This document shows, piece after piece, positions 39,501 through 52,932 of a stretch of 64,000 nucleotides of DNA. The notes below the pieces were generated by a model, which saw only the letters and a list, made by a program, of their open reading frames with translations, searched no databases and was not told where the DNA came from. The position numbers and the translations under genes were made by a program. This DNA is from Stegostoma tigrinum. Taxonomy: Eukaryota. The DNA lies in the NCBI RefSeq assembly GCF_030684315.1, contig NC_081383.1:36086180-36150179 (forward strand), read 5' to 3'. How positions within the stretch are numbered: the stretch's first letter is position 1; each line of letters opens with the position of its first letter.

Positions 39501-40110
39501 AGTTGGAGCCTTAGTGGAAAATGCCAATTGGCCTTCTTTAATTGGAATTAATAGCGATCATGTTGTAGCTATACAGGATGTTGGTGGGGCTTCTTCAAGT
39601 GTGCGGTGTACAATTCTGGTTGCCCTGCTATATGAAGGATGTTATTAAATTGGAGAGTGTTCAGAAAAGATTTACAAGCATGTTGCATGGGCTGGAGGGC
39701 TTGAGTAATAAGGAGAGGCTGGATAGGCAGGAACATTCCTCACGAGAATGTAGGAAGCTGAGGGGTTTATAAAATCATGAAGGGCAGAGATGAGGTGAAT
39801 AGCAAAAGTCTATTCTGCAGGGTACTGGAGTTGAAAACCAGAAGGAATATTTTGAAGGTGAGAGGAGAAAGATTTGAAAGGAATTCGAGGGGCAATGTTT
39901 TCAGAATGGCTCATATGTGGAATGAACTGCCAGAGGAAGTGATAGTGACAGTTACAACATATAAAAAGACATTTGGACAGGTACATGAAGAGGAAAGGTT
40001 TAGAGGGATATGGGCCAAATGCAAGCAAACGGAACTAGTTCAGTTTAGGAAACCCGTTCAGCATGGATAGGTTGGGCTGAAGGGTCTGTTCCCATGCTGT
40101 GTTACTATAA
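36550..40110. mobile_element. Cluster of CR1/L2 fragments (36550-37020 +, 37150-37945 -, 38330-38900 + L2-like, 39555-40110 +)
   Basis: RDLGSLVHQSLKV, KDVIKLESVQKRFT and WNELPEEV motifs in the ORF track. Confidence 0.75.
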
Positions 40111-40289
40111 CTGGTTTCCTGCAGGTGGCGGTTGCGTTTGCTGGCCGGCCCCAGACCCCTTCTATTGAACACGGCTTGTGTCAGCGGTGGCCTTGGGCAA
40201 CAGCGTATTCTCTGGCCTCGGCACCTTCAGGCCCTGTCTGCCCACGTTCCTTCTGGTCGGGCTTGAGGTTCCTTCCCATTGAGTCTGCT

Positions 40290-41468
40290 CTAGACTTCCA
40301 AAAGGCCTTTGATACGGTGCCTCACAGGAGGCTGCTGAGCAAGGTGAGGGCCCATGGTGTTCGAGGTGAGCTACTGGCTTGGATTGAGGATTGGCTGTCT
40401 GACAGAAGGCAGAGAGTTGGGATAAAAGGCTCTTTTTCGGAATGGCAACCAATGACGAGTGGTGTCCCGCAGGGTTCAGTGTTGGGGCCGCAGCTGCTCA
40501 CCTCATATATTAATGATCTGGATCAAGGGACTGGGGGCATTCTGGCGAAGTTCGTCGATAATACAAAGTTAGGTGGACAGGCAGGTAGTACTGAGGAGGT
40601 GGGGAGGCTGCAGAAAGATTTAGACAGGTTAGGAGAGTGGTCCAAGAAATGGCTGATGAAATTCAATGCGAGTAAATGCAGTTTGGAAAAAAGAATACAG
40701 GCATGGACTATTTTCTAAACAGTGAGAAAATTCATAAAGCCGAAGTACATAGGGATCTGGGGGTGCTAGTCCAGGATTCTCTAAAAGTTAACTTGCAGGT
40801 AGAATCCGTGATTAAGAAAGCAAATGTAATATTGTCACTTATCTCAAGAGGGTTGGAATATAAAAGCAGGGACGTGCTTCTGAGACTTTATAAAGCTCTA
40901 GTTAGGCCCCATTTAGAATACTGTGTCCGATTTTGGACGCCACACCTCAGGAAGGACATACTAGCCCTGGAGCGTGTCCAGCGGAGATTCACACGGATGA
41001 ACCCTGGAATGATAGGGTTAATGTATGAACGGCTAGGGATCCTGGGATTGTATTCATTAGAGTTTAGAAGGTTGAGGGGAGATCTAATAGAAACTTACAA
41101 GATAATGTATGACTTAGAAAGCGTGGACGCTGGGAAGTTGTTTCTGTTAGGCGGGGAGAATAGGACCCATGGGCACAGCCTTAGAATTAGAGGGGGTAAA
41201 TTTAAAACGGAAATGAGGAGACATTTCTTCAGCCAGAGAGTGGTGGGCCTGTGGAATTCATTGCCACGGAGCACAGTGGAGGCCGGGACATTAAATGTCT
41301 TCAAGGCGGAGATTGATAAATTTTTGACCTCGTGGGGAGTTAGGGCTACAGGGAGTGTGTGGGTAGGTGGAGTTGAAACGCCCATCAGCCATGATTAAGT
41401 GGTTGAGTGGACTCGATGGGCCAAATGGCCTTACTTCCACTCCTATGCCTTGTGGTCTTATGGTCTTA
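40290..41468 (+). mobile_element. Young CR1 LINE, 5'-truncated
   Basis: LDFQKAFDTVPH, SGVPQGSVLGP, LVRPHLEYCV, RRLRGDLIETYKI with one frameshift; (TGGTCTTA)n tail at ~41453-41468. Confidence 0.95.
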
Positions 41469-42066
41469 TTTTCAGAGTCTACCTCAGCAAATTTGTGCCT
41501 CGTGTCTTCATAATTTTGCTTATTACAATTTAACTCCCTTCAGTTTGAACTACGTCACTTTCAAACATTATGTTCTCAGGCTGCTAAGCCAGTTCAGGTC
41601 AGACTGTTTGCACATTAACAGATCAGGGAACAATATAAGAAATGAGCACGAGCAGGACATTTGGACCTTGAACCTGCTCTGCTCTGCAATAAGATCATGA
41701 CTGTTATGACTTAGACCTTAACTCTGTTTTTCTGCCCACCCCTCATAATTCATACCTTGACTCCCTGGTTGGCAAAATTGTGTTTAACTCAGACTTGACT
41801 ACATTAAATAAGTGAATCTGCACAGCATTTTGGGGAAAAGGATAAAGTCCCTCTGAGAGAAGAAATTCCTCATTTCCATTTTAAATGGGAAACCCTTTAA
41901 TTTTAAACTGTGTCCTCTAGCCTAGTTTTCCCATGAGGTGAAATATTCTTTAATTATCTATCCAATGCAGCCCCAGGATGATCTTACATTTCAATAAGAT
42001 CATCTTTTGTTTTTCTCTCCTCCCAAGCTTCACCTTTCCTCAGAAAGCAGCCCTTTCATCCCTGGA
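41468..42066 (+). repeat. Local duplication, copy A (copy B at 52320-52932)
   Basis: Collinear high similarity over ~600 bp, including a shared junction between unique sequence and an old LINE end. Confidence 0.9.
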
Positions 42067-43263
42067 TAACAAAGTGTGAAGCTGGATGAACACAGCAGGC
42101 CAAGCAGCATCTCAGGAGCACAAAAGCTGATGTTTCGGGCCTAGACCCTTCATTAGAAAAGGGGGATGGAGAGAGGATTCTGAAATAAATAGGGAGAGAG
42201 GGGGAGGCAGACCGAAGATGGATAGAGGAGAAGATAGGTGGAGAGGAGAGTACAGGTGGGGAGGTGAGGAGGGTAATAGGTCAGTCCGGGGAGGACGGAC
42301 AGGTCAAGGAGGCGGGATGAGGTTAGTAGGTGGTAAATGGAGGTGTGGCTTGAGGTGGGAGGAGGGGACAGGTGAGAGGAAGAACAGGTTAGGGAGGCGG
42401 GGACGAGCTGGGCTGATTTTGGGATGCAGTGGTGGGAGGGGACGAGCTGGGCTGGTTTTTTAGATTAGATTCCCTACAGTGTGGAAACAGGCCCATTGGC
42501 CCAACAAGTCCACACCGCCCCTTGGAGAAACCCACCCAGAACCATCCCCCTACAACCCACTCACCCCTGAATACTACAGGCAATTTAGCATGGCCAATTC
42601 ACCTATCCCGCACATCTTTGGACTGTGGGAGGAAACCGGAGCATCTGGAGGAAACCCATGCAGACATGGGGAGAATGTGCAAACTCCACACAGACAGTTG
42701 CCCGAGGCTGGAATCGAACCTTGGTCCCTGGTGCTGTGAGGCTGCAGTGCTAACCACTGAGCCACCATTTGGGATGCAGGGGGGGAGGGGGAGATTTTAA
42801 AGCTTGTGAAGTCCATATTGATACCATTGGGCTGCAGGGTTCCCAAGTGGAATATGGGTTGCTGTTCCTGCAACTTTCAGGTGGCATCATTGTGGCACTG
42901 CAGGAGGCCCATGATGGACATGTCATCTAAGGAATGGGTGGGGAATTAAAATGGTTTGCGACTGGGAGGTGCAGTTGTTTATTGCGAACCCAGTGGAGGT
43001 GTTCTGCCAAGCAGTCCCTAAGCCTCCGCTTGGTTTCCCCAATGTAGAGGTAGCCACACCGGGTATAGTGGATACAGTATACTACATTGACAGATGTGCA
43101 GGTGAACATCTGCTTAATATGGAAAGTCATCTTGGGGCCAGGGATAGTGGTGAGGGAGGAGGTGTAGGGGCAAGTGTAGCACTTCCTGCGGTCGCAGGGG
43201 AAGGTGCCGGGTGTGGTGGGGTTGGAGGGCAGCGTGGAGCGAACAAGGGAGTCACGGAGAGAG
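42065..43263 (-). mobile_element. PLE (Neptune-type) 3' fragment interrupted by a SINE
   Basis: ORF 42927-43130 GIY-YIG motif; terminal repeat 42065-42160. Confidence 0.92.
42460..42767 (-). mobile_element. HE1/V-SINE-type SINE nested in PLE
   Basis: tRNA head TGGTGGCTCAGTGGTTAGCACTG..GGTTCGATTCC, core TGTGTGGAGTTTGCACATTCTCCCC, (AATCT)n tail. Confidence 0.9.
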
Positions 43264-43971
43264 TGTCTGTCTCAATAGGAGTGTCCAAATTTGTAACTTT
43301 TACTAATGAGGAGGAAGTGGGGAACAAAATAGCAACAAATGCATGGGAACACACTACCACACCACAGCCAGAACGTTAAAGAGCAGTTCATGAAGGCAGT
43401 TTATCGCCCCGACCTCAAGGGCAATTAGGGCAGTAAATGCTGGCTTTGCCTGTGCTGTTCACGTGGCATGATGTAATTTTAAAGAGCTCCAGTACTTGCC
43501 TTTAGTTCTGATTTAGATTTTTTTTTGTCCAGGAAGGCCACGGGGAGTCAGGAAGGGCCTGATCAAAATCTTTCAAAATTACATGGATATGAGAGGGGAA
43601 TCGGGCAGCTGGAGGGTTGCCGCTATAACATGGACTTTGTACGCCAATAATCTCGGCAACTATAGAGTGACAGCAGCAGAAGAAAGTTGTAACTGTCACG
43701 TGCAAGCTGGATTAATGGTCACCTGGAGACAGGGCTTTGTTGGAGTGACCAGAATACATTGATAAATGTGTATGGCAGTGGACATGTGCTTTATGAAAAG
43801 AAATGAAATTTAGTCAATGCTTCATATGCAGAGCTTTCACAAAAGGACTGAAAAAGTTGTTAAACTTAGGAATGTGGGAACATTGATAGGACAAAGTTTA
43901 GTGCTGAGCCATGTGACGGAGGGGAACTAGCCAAACCCCTGACAGTTAAAGCAAATCACAAGCCCCCAACC

Positions 43972-44867
43972 TGTTATGATGGGAGTAGAGGTTCCAATAT
44001 AATAATTACCCTGGAACACCCAGAGAAGCTCACCTTTCCCCTTGTAAACTGCTAAAAGTTGTTTAAAGAAAGTCAGTCATTCTCTGATCTCCACTTTACA
44101 AGTTACAAGAAACAATTTATTTAGTTAACCGAACAAATGACAAATTCACAGAATTTCTAACAAACTGACATCACCCCTTAGATTACTAACTATTTCCGGA
44201 CTGGTTGAAATTCTACTGGACTCATTTTCAAATAAACACCAGTCCCACTTAATAAATCCAATTAATATGAAAGCAGTAAATTAAAACTTAATCTCTCCAA
44301 GTTTGCACAGACAGTCTTCTGGAATATTCTGTTGTCTTCACAAACACCTTCTGCTAATATTTGTGTCAGATGTGTTTTCCTTATAATTTCTTCAATGTGG
44401 CCTATGAGCTAGAATACTGTGGTACCTTTGATCTGTTGGATGGGCCTTCTCTGAGAGCTGAATGATGCTAACTCTGGCAGGTGACCGATCAGTCTCGCCA
44501 ATTTTCCAAATGGCCTCGTCTGATACAGCCATAATGACATAATCAAATTCCTACAATATGATTGGTTTCAGGTTGCCAACACCATCAGATTTAAATTCAA
44601 TTGGGCTTCTGTGTCTAGGTGCTTGGTTTAAATTAATTGGCCGAATTCAAACTGGTTGTCTTGGTAAACACGCTGCCTGGGTGTTCTATACAAAGTGTTT
44701 CCATTTGGGCACAGTCTGGTCACCTGTATTTCTAAACGTCTGAGCACGGACAAAGCACAAGCTCTTAAAGGGACCATAGCACTTTTTTTTACCCCATGAT
44801 GATTTTTACCAACAAATACTAACTTCCTGCCTTCCATTTCACTAATACTCTACCCAGCGTCGTAACA
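43972..44867 (-). mobile_element. ~900-bp LTR (3' LTR) with adjacent polypurine tract; internal remnant to ~45390
   Basis: Termini TGTTATGA...TCGTAACA (TG..CA, imperfect inverted ends); minus-strand PPT AAGTGGGGGAGA at 44868-44879. Confidence 0.75.
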
Positions 44868-45454
44868 TCTCCCCCACTTCAGACAAAAGTGAACCAACAT
44901 TATGAGCAGATGACTTCATTTTTCTTAAATCTTAACACTATTACCATAATGTACAGTTCAGTACTCTTAACATTAGTGTGTAAAGTTACTCTAAAGTGGG
45001 GTATGTAGCCAGAACGTCAGGACTCAAAGCAAGTGTCCTCTTAACTGAGCTACAGTGCCCTGGTGCGACCTGGACATCAGACTTGCAGTAATTGGCTTCG
45101 GTGAAGTTACACATTGACGTCACTGCAGTGTTGTTTGTTTTTTTGCTTGTGGGGAGGGCAAGCAGAGCCACACCATGGTTCAGTGCGCAGAGTTTGTCTG
45201 GGAGGTTAAAAGGAATTCATGATGTGTGGTTCTACAGCTCAGGAAAACAGACAACCTTTCCTTTGCTATCAGTCCCAATTTCAGGATGGCACTTTCTCTT
45301 CGGTGATATGGGTCAAGAATGATATGGAGACACAGGAACAGGAGTGGGCCACTCAGCCTGACGACCAGCCCTGCGCACACTATTCCAGGTATGGTCTAAC
45401 CAAATGCCTATTTAACTGAAGCAAGTCTTTACTTTGGGCTTTTTTTGTCTTCTT

Positions 45455-45790
45455 CATTCAAGGAATGAGTGTGTAGCTGGCTAGGCCAGCACTTATTGCA
45501 GATCCCTAATTGCCCAGAGGGCAGTTAACTGATAACCACATTGCTGTGGGTCTGGAGTCACATAGAGGCCTGACCAGGTAATGATGGCAGTTTCCTTCTG
45601 TAAAGGACATTAGCCAGCCAGATGGATTTTTACGACTATCGACAATGGATTTACAGTCATCAGCAATTTTTAATTCCAGATTTTGAAAACAGTGAAAGAT
45701 AAGTTTCACCAGCTGCTGTGGTGGGATTTGAATCCATCCCCAGAAGGTTAGCTGGGCTTCTAGATTAACTCTCTGTTGATAACAATATTA
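45455..45790 (-). mobile_element. SacSINE1-like tRNA SINE
   Basis: B-box-like GGATTCAAATCCC on the minus strand at ~45723-45735; body shared with 26880-27020; tail shared with 31030-31080 and 43410-43470. Confidence 0.65.
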
Positions 45791-45999
45791 GCTTATTGTC
45801 AACCCCAACCAAGTGGCGACATTAAAATAGAGTCAGGGCTCTCTTGTGGTGCAGTGGCAGTGTCCCTACTTTTGGGCCAAGAGACCTGGATTCAAGTCCC
45901 ACCTGCTGCACCAGTGTGTAATAACATCTCTGAACAGGTTGATGAGGTAAAATAGTTCATGCTAGAACATAGGGCTTCCCAGCCTATCTTAACTGTGTT

Positions 46000-46425
46000 A
46001 CAGTCATCAATGTAAAGGAGGAAGAGGTGGGGTTTAGGGCCAGTGTAGGTGCGGAAGAGGGATTGTTCCAGGTAACCTACTAAGAGGCAGGCATAGCTTG
46101 GGCCCATGCGGGTACCCATGGCCACCCCCTTTGTCTGTAGGAAGTGGGAGGAATTAAAAGAGAAGTTGTTGAGGGTGAGGATGAGTTCGGCCAGGGTGTC
46201 AGTGCGCGGGCCTTGTCAGGCCTGCAGGACAGGAAGAAGCAGAGAGCCTTTAGGCCACCTGCATGGGGAATGCAGGTGTATAGGAACTGGACATCCATAG
46301 TAAAAATGAGGTGTTGAGGACCAGGGAATTAGAAGTTCTTCTAGGCCTAAAATGTCAGCATTTGTGCTCCTAAGATGCTGCTTGGCCTGTTGTGTTTATC
46401 CAGCTCCACACTTTGTTATCTCTTC
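46000..46425 (-). mobile_element. PLE RT fragment (-) with an inverted terminal-repeat piece (+, 46341-46425) at its 5' break
   Basis: MDVQFLYTCIPH, AMGTRMGPSYA, YIDD; inverted repeat begins inside the hammerhead stem II (CTAGGCCTAAAATGTCAG). Confidence 0.85.
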
Positions 46426-47904
46426 TGGTTTGTATTTCTGCTTGGGAATTGTTTAATTTGCTTTGGCTTCTGCAAGAATTTTCCAAAATGGCAGTGTTAT
46501 GACAGAACAAGATAAAATATTCATCAATTTCTGTCACATAATTCTCAAACTCTGCTAGTTCCTTCCCAAATTTGAGTCAGAGATGGGGTGGTGTTTGGCT
46601 TTTTGCACAAGTCTGAGCTTGCTGACACCTAAGGAGAATGTACATTAACAGCAATATCTCTCAAATACAGTCACAACCAGTTAGAAAAAGCAGTTAGTGT
46701 AAACGGTATCAAGCTGATTATTCAAAATTAAAACAAAATTTCTTTTCTTGTTTCGGCTGTGTGTCAGATACTTTGAAATGTGTGCATTGTTGGTGATATA
46801 TGCAGAGTCAGCAACATAACCAGGAGCAAGAGTAGGAATTCAGCCCCTTGAGCTCCTCTGCCATTCATTACAATTGTGGCTGATCTCATCTCTGCCTCAA
46901 CTCCACGCTCATACCTGTAACCCATTATACTTCAACCCATTATTAATGAAACATCTGTTTATGTTCTCCTCCAATTTAAGGTTACTTCGTGTCCATTGCA
47001 CTCCAGTGTAGAGAATTCCATAGATTCACTTCCTTTGAAGTCATTTCCCCTCACCTCGGTTTTAAATCTGCCCCCCTTTTCATAAAACTGAGCTCTCATG
47101 CTAGATTCTAACACAAGAGCAAATGTCCTTTCTGTGCCTTCTCTGTTGATCCACCTTAGCATTTTTTTATATTTCAATTTGATCTCTCATTCCTTTAGTC
47201 TCAAGAGGGAATAGGCCGGAAGTGTGCAATCTCTCTTCATCAGACAAAACCCCTCACCTCTGGAATCAATCCTGTGAATCTCCTTTGAACTGTGTCAATG
47301 CAACCACAAGGGGACTAAAAACCCTACGCAATAGTCCAGGTGTGGTTCCAACATTGTTTGTTCACCTGCTGCAACATTTTCCTAGTTTTATATTCTCTTC
47401 TTTTTAGCAGCAAATGCCAATCGTCATTGATGCATTGGTGTCAGAAAATGGTTCCTTTGCACAAGCTTCTTCGCATTTAATATGGACCATTGATGTATCC
47501 TGAGCTTGAAGCGTAATTTTGTATTATGCAACTTACCGAGTATAAATAATGTGAGCAGGCACTCCTCCATCACAATTTCAACATCAACAGTTTGAGGTGT
47601 CTGATTTTGAAATTGTGCTGGCAGGTAATAAGCTGTGGTTACTTCGGGCTGGAGCTCTGTTCTGGACCGGTTGGTGTGCACAGGCAGTGTCATTCCCAGG
47701 AAATGTCCTGCAGGAACGAGGCAGACCAGTAGAGTATTGGGCCAAATACAATGTGTAACTTTGGCAGACACCTACAAACTGTACTCTTGTGCTATCCAGC
47801 ATTCAAAAAAGTAATAAAAAAACAATTATTTTTTGATGGCTTTTACTGAGGAAATAGCCACTATTTAAAAGGACAGACAAAAGTAAATACTAATATTTTC
47901 TGCT

Positions 47905-48195
47905 CGCTGGCTGGCACTGCTGCCTCAAAGTGTCAGGGACCAGGAATCCAGCCTCAAGTGACTGTCTGTGTGGAGTTTGCACATTCTCCCTGTGTCTGTG
48001 TGAGTTTCCTTCCACAGTCCAAACATGGGTAGGGTAGGTGGATTGGCCATGCTATAGTGCTCAGGGATATTTAGGTTTGGGTGGGTTAGATATGAGAAAT
48101 GTAGGGGAAGGGGTCTGGGTGGGATGATCTTCAGAGGGGTGGTGTGGACTTGTTGTGCTGAATGGCCTGCTTCCACACTTTAGGGATTCTGTGAT
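47905..48195 (+). mobile_element. HE1/V-SINE-type SINE
   Basis: Same core TGTCTGTGTGGAGTTTGCACATTCTCCC with a CR1-like 3' tail. Confidence 0.85.
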
Positions 48196-49063
48196 TGAGG
48201 ACCATTTGTGAAACATACATGATTCAACTGTGCAAGTTTCAAATCTTTTCTCAGTTATGCAAGGAACAGATAGTGAAGAAGATACTTTAAGTCTTGCACA
48301 ATTCTGTTTACAGTGTCTTAGCTAAACAATGCATTGAAGACTAATATAATTGATGTAGTTTAAAATGTACTTATCCCAGTAATACAACATTACACCTAAC
48401 AGTATTGGAGGTTACACAGATGAAGAGCTGTTAGTCAAATATAACCACAGCAAAGACCAGAAAGGGAGCATTTTCTTCCACTGGAGTTTGTGAACTTAGT
48501 TTATTATTCTTCTGGGGCATAAATTGTAATTTTTAAAAGTCACTGCGGAGTTTTGTTGACAGATGTATTTCATTAATTTCATAATTCCCAGGCACGTGTT
48601 CAGTTCATAGCTTGATTTATTCTGTATTACTCAAGCCCATTTTGCTTTCTTGTATTGACACTTTTCATAAAGCAGTTCTTCAACATGTAAATGAGAAAAT
48701 GGAACACAAATATAAATTGTCTTTTGCCAATCATGATAACTTTGGATTGAGCAAATAGAGACGTGAAAATCATTTGTGTCTTTTTGTGGTCGACCAAAAA
48801 CGTAAGCTTTCAAAACAACTTGCATAATGTTGCTTCAGCACAGCATTACCAATTTAGTATACTGAAACTGTCACTGTGTTGGCCTGCCATCATTAAATAC
48901 AGAGTCTCTCTGGATTCCCCTTTTTAAGTAACTTTAAATCTTTGTACAGTAAACTTTGTCTTATCTGACAGCGTAACAACCAGACTTCTCAACTAATCGG
49001 AATTTTTGATATTGTCTTCCTGGAATTGTCACTACAACCAAGAGTGTACCACCCAGAGGTTTA

Positions 49064-49200
49064 TGGGCAGCACGGTGGCTCAGTGGCTAGCACTGCTGCC
49101 TCTCAGTGCCAGGGACACAGGTTTGACTTCAGCCTGGGGCGGCTGTCTGTGTGGAGTTTGCACATTCTCCCCGTGTCTGCGTGAGTTTCCTCCAGGTGCA
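49064..49200 (+). mobile_element. HE1/V-SINE-type SINE, 5' half
   Basis: GGGCAGCACGGTGGCTCAGTGGCTAGCACTGCTGCCTC head plus core. Confidence 0.85.
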
Positions 49201-49689
49201 ATTTCCCCAGTACAATCTACTTTCTGACATTAAGATGCTTCAGCACCACATTCTTCTTAGCCACTTGGATCTCTAGTTCTGAGAAAGTCCTTGTATCTTC
49301 CTCAGGAAAAGAAGACATCAGGTAATCTTTGAAGTTCTCTGCCATTTTTCTTTTCTGCTATAAATATTCCTTAATTTGCCTGTAAGAGACCCACATTCAA
49401 TTCAGCCAAATGTTTCCTTTATGTTTGTTTATGGAAGCTTTTACAGTCAATTTTTCTGATTTTTTTTGCCAGTTTGCATTCCTATTCCCCTTTTTCACAA
49501 TCAGTTTCTTGTACTCCATTTCTGTATTCTATAAATATCCCAATCATTGTAATTACTGCTATTTTGGCAAAACTATAGGCCTCTTCCGTTCATATTTTAC
49601 CATTATGAACTTGATTTGTTAGCTATGGTTGAATGACGTTGTATGAGTTGTTGACTTTGAAGGAATTTGTTTTTGCTCAGTGTCACGTA

Positions 49690-50885
49690 GGAGTTACAGA
49701 GTCATAGCGCCATTCAGCATGGAAACAGACCCTCCGGTCCAACTCTTCGACAGTAGCCACGTTTGCAAACTATACTCGTCCCACCTGCCTGCATTTGGCC
49801 TGTATCCCTCCATACCTTTCTTACTCATGTACTCATTGAAGTGTCTTTTAAATGTTGTAACTGTATCTGCACCCACCATTTCCTCTGGGAGCTCATTCCA
49901 CGTTCAAATGGCTGCGTGTTAAAGAAATTGCCCCTCATGTCCTTTTTATCGTTTTCTCTTCTCACCTTAAAAATGTGCCCCTTATTTTTGAGCTCCACCA
50001 CACCAGGGAAAATACCCTTCTGACCCCTTAAGATTTGATAAACCTCTGTAAGTTCACCTCTCATTCTTCTACACTGCAGTGAGAAAACTCCCAAACTTTG
50101 CAGCTGACCTTTTAACCCATTCCCGGCAGCATTCTGGTAAATCTTTTTTCCAATGTCATGATATGTTTCCTGTAGCAGGGAGAACCTTACACAGTACACA
50201 AGAAGAGGCCACACCAACGTCCTGATCAACCTCAATGTGACATCCCAACTCCTATACTGAAAGGTCTAGCCATGAAGGCAAGTGTGGTCAACATTTTCTT
50301 AACCACCCCGTCTCCATGTGATGCAAGTTTCAAAAGAATTATATATCCCAGGTTTTTGTGTCCTACAATACTATTGTATACAACATAACTGTCCTACTAA
50401 TAGCCCCGCTATTAATTGTATGAGTCCTGCTTGTTTTTACAAAAATGCCATACCTCACATTTATCCAGATTAAACTTGAACTGCCACTCCTCAGCGCATT
50501 GACACAATTGAACAACATTTCTTTGTAATCTTAGATCACCTTCTTCACTCTCCACTATACTACCAATCCCGGTGTCATCCACAACCTTATTAACCAAGTC
50601 TCCAAATTTCTCATCCAGATCATATGTGGAAAAGACAAATAATATTGGACCCTGAGGAACACCAGCAGTCATAGGTCTCCAGTATGAAAAACACCCCTCT
50701 AGCACCACCCTCTGTCTCCTACGTTCAAGCTAATTTTGTATCCAATTGGCTATGAATCCCATGTGATCTAACTTTACTAATTAGTCTCCCAAGCAGAATC
50801 TTGTCAAAGTTCTTACTGAAGTCCATGTAAACAACAGCTACCACTCTGCCTTTCATCTCTTTGGTTATTTCCTCAAAAAAATTCA
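49690..50885 (-). mobile_element. CR1 LINE remnant
   Basis: AGVPQGP, WQFKFNLDKCEV, RRMRGELTEVYQI motifs. Confidence 0.85.
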
Positions 50886-50902
50886 GTGTTATGTTGTATC
50901 AG

Positions 50903-51023
50903 TGATAATGGGAACTGCAGATGCTGGAGAATCCATGAAGAGTCTCGGCCCGAAATGTCAGCTTTTGTGCTCCTGAGACGCTGCTTGGCCTGCTGTGTTC
51001 ATCCAGCTTCACACTTTGTTATC
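50903..51023. repeat. Inverted pair of PLE terminal-repeat fragments
   Basis: Minus-strand 3' end (50903-50934) joined to a plus-strand piece starting inside the hammerhead core (ATGAAGAGTCTCGGCCCGAAATGTCAG); TGTTATGTT on both flanks. Confidence 0.8.
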
Positions 51024-51584
51024 AATGTTATGTTTGTGAGTCTTCAGCACCAGTTTATTTTTGAGGCCCAAAGCCTTGGCAGTATCCAGCTCCTCCAACT
51101 GTTTCTTGATGTCATGTGGAGTGAATTAAATTGGCTGAAGTCTGTGCCAGCTGTAATACACTGCAGCTGTATATCAAAACTGCAGTTCGGCCACCTTTGG
51201 AGTGTTTTACACAGTTCTGATCGCCACACTGTAGGAAGGATGTGACTGCTTTGGAGAGGGTGTAAAAGAGGTTTATCAGTATGTTGACGAGATTGGAGTG
51301 TATTAGCTATCAGCAGACATTGAACAAACTCGGATTGTTTTCGCTAAAGTGTTGCAGGCTGAGCAGCAACCTGACAGGAAACATATATAATTACGAGAGG
51401 CAATGCTTGGGTGGATAGTGGGAAACATTTTCTCAGGATGAAAATGTCAGATATCAGCGAGCGTAGGTTCAAGGTGAGAAACGGGAAGTTTAAAGGAGAT
51501 GCGCAAGCAAAATGACAATTTACAAACAGAAGGTACAGAAGGTGCTTTCAAAGCCTTGCCATGGGAGGTGGTAGAAACAGATCG

Positions 51585-51821
51585 TGTTGTGATTGTAACG
51601 AGGTTGGCCAGCTGGACACTACAGAATGTGAGTTCCCTGATTGGATCAGATTAACAGCCCCAATCAGGGAGCCTCTGCTGATAAATAGAAGGGGTGAGTG
51701 TCCGGGATACTGGCACTCTGTCTCCTTGCTCCGACTGAGACAGAACTAAAGTCAAGGACTGTTTATGTGTAACTAAAGACAGACTCGGTGATGGGATAGA
51801 GGCCTCTGTGGAGTTATTTCA
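51585..51821 (+). mobile_element. Solo Gypsy-type LTR inside a CR1 fragment (51150-51975)
   Basis: TG...CA ends, 5-bp TSD GATCG/GATAG, CCCTGATTGG..CAATCAG block shared with the LTR start at ~1870-1930. Confidence 0.75.
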
Positions 51822-52319
51822 GATAGCATAGCAACATTAAAGAGGGATTTAAACAGACATGAACAAGCATGGAAAAGAGAGATAAAGTCTGCACGCAGGC
51901 TGAAAGGATTGTTTCGAATGGCATCACGGACTGGGGTCAAATAACCTGTTCCTGTGCTGTGCTATACTGTTCTATGTTCTCGAGGGCAGTCAGTGTCCAC
52001 TGGGCTATCACTTGCCCTGGACTTGTTGGTAGCTTTACCAAGTTGACATCTCAGTTTTCGGTAAACCTTGTCCTGCTCCTGGCCTGCCCTCCCATGTTCT
52101 TCATTGACCCAGGGCTGATTTGCTGGTTTGATGATATTGCTACAGTGGGGGATAAGCTGAGACATGAGGTTGCAAATTGAATTGCGATTCTGCTGCAGTT
52201 GATGGCCCACAGTGCATCATGGATGCCCAGTCTTGAATTGCCGGATCTATTCAAAGTTTGTCCCATTTAGCATTGTTTTTTAAAGATAGATGCCTGTGCC
52301 CAGAAATGTCTTCAGATGT

Positions 52320-52932
52320 ATTTTCACAGTCTCCCTCAACAAATTTGCGCCTCATGTCTTCATAATTTTGTTTATTACAATTTAACACCCTTCCTTCAGT
52401 TTGAACTCTTTCAAACATTATGTTCTCAGGTTGCTAAGCCAGTACAGATCAGACTGCTTGCACAATAAAAGATCAGGGAACAATATAAGAAATGAGCACT
52501 TGCAGAACATTTGGACCTTGAACCTGCTCTACTCTGCAATAAGATCATGAAAATAATCAAAAATAATCTTAACTCCATTTTCCTGCCCACCCCTCATAAG
52601 TCAAAATTTGACTCCCTGGTTGACAAAATTGTGTTCAACTCAGCCTTGACCATATTAAATGAGTGAATCTGCACAGCATTTTGGGGGAAAGGATAAAGTC
52701 CCTCCGAGAAAAGAAATTCCTCTTCTCCATCTTAAATGGGAAACCCTTTAATTTTAAACTGTGTCCACTAGCCTAGTTTCCCCATGAGGTGAGATATTCT
52801 TTAATTATCCATCCAATGCAGGCCCAGCATGATCGTACATTTCAATAAGATCATCTTTTGTTTCTCTCTCATCCTAAGTTTAGGCCCAATTTGCTTCACC
52901 TTTCCTCGGAAAGCAGCCCTTTCATTCCTGGA
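52320..52932 (+). repeat. Local duplication, copy B
   Basis: Collinear with 41468-42066. Confidence 0.9.

Noticed and set aside
45836-45945. tRNA-like sequences (also 12492, 34700-34760, 42700-42767, 49064)
   Set aside because: A/B boxes only, no full cloverleaf; these are SINE heads
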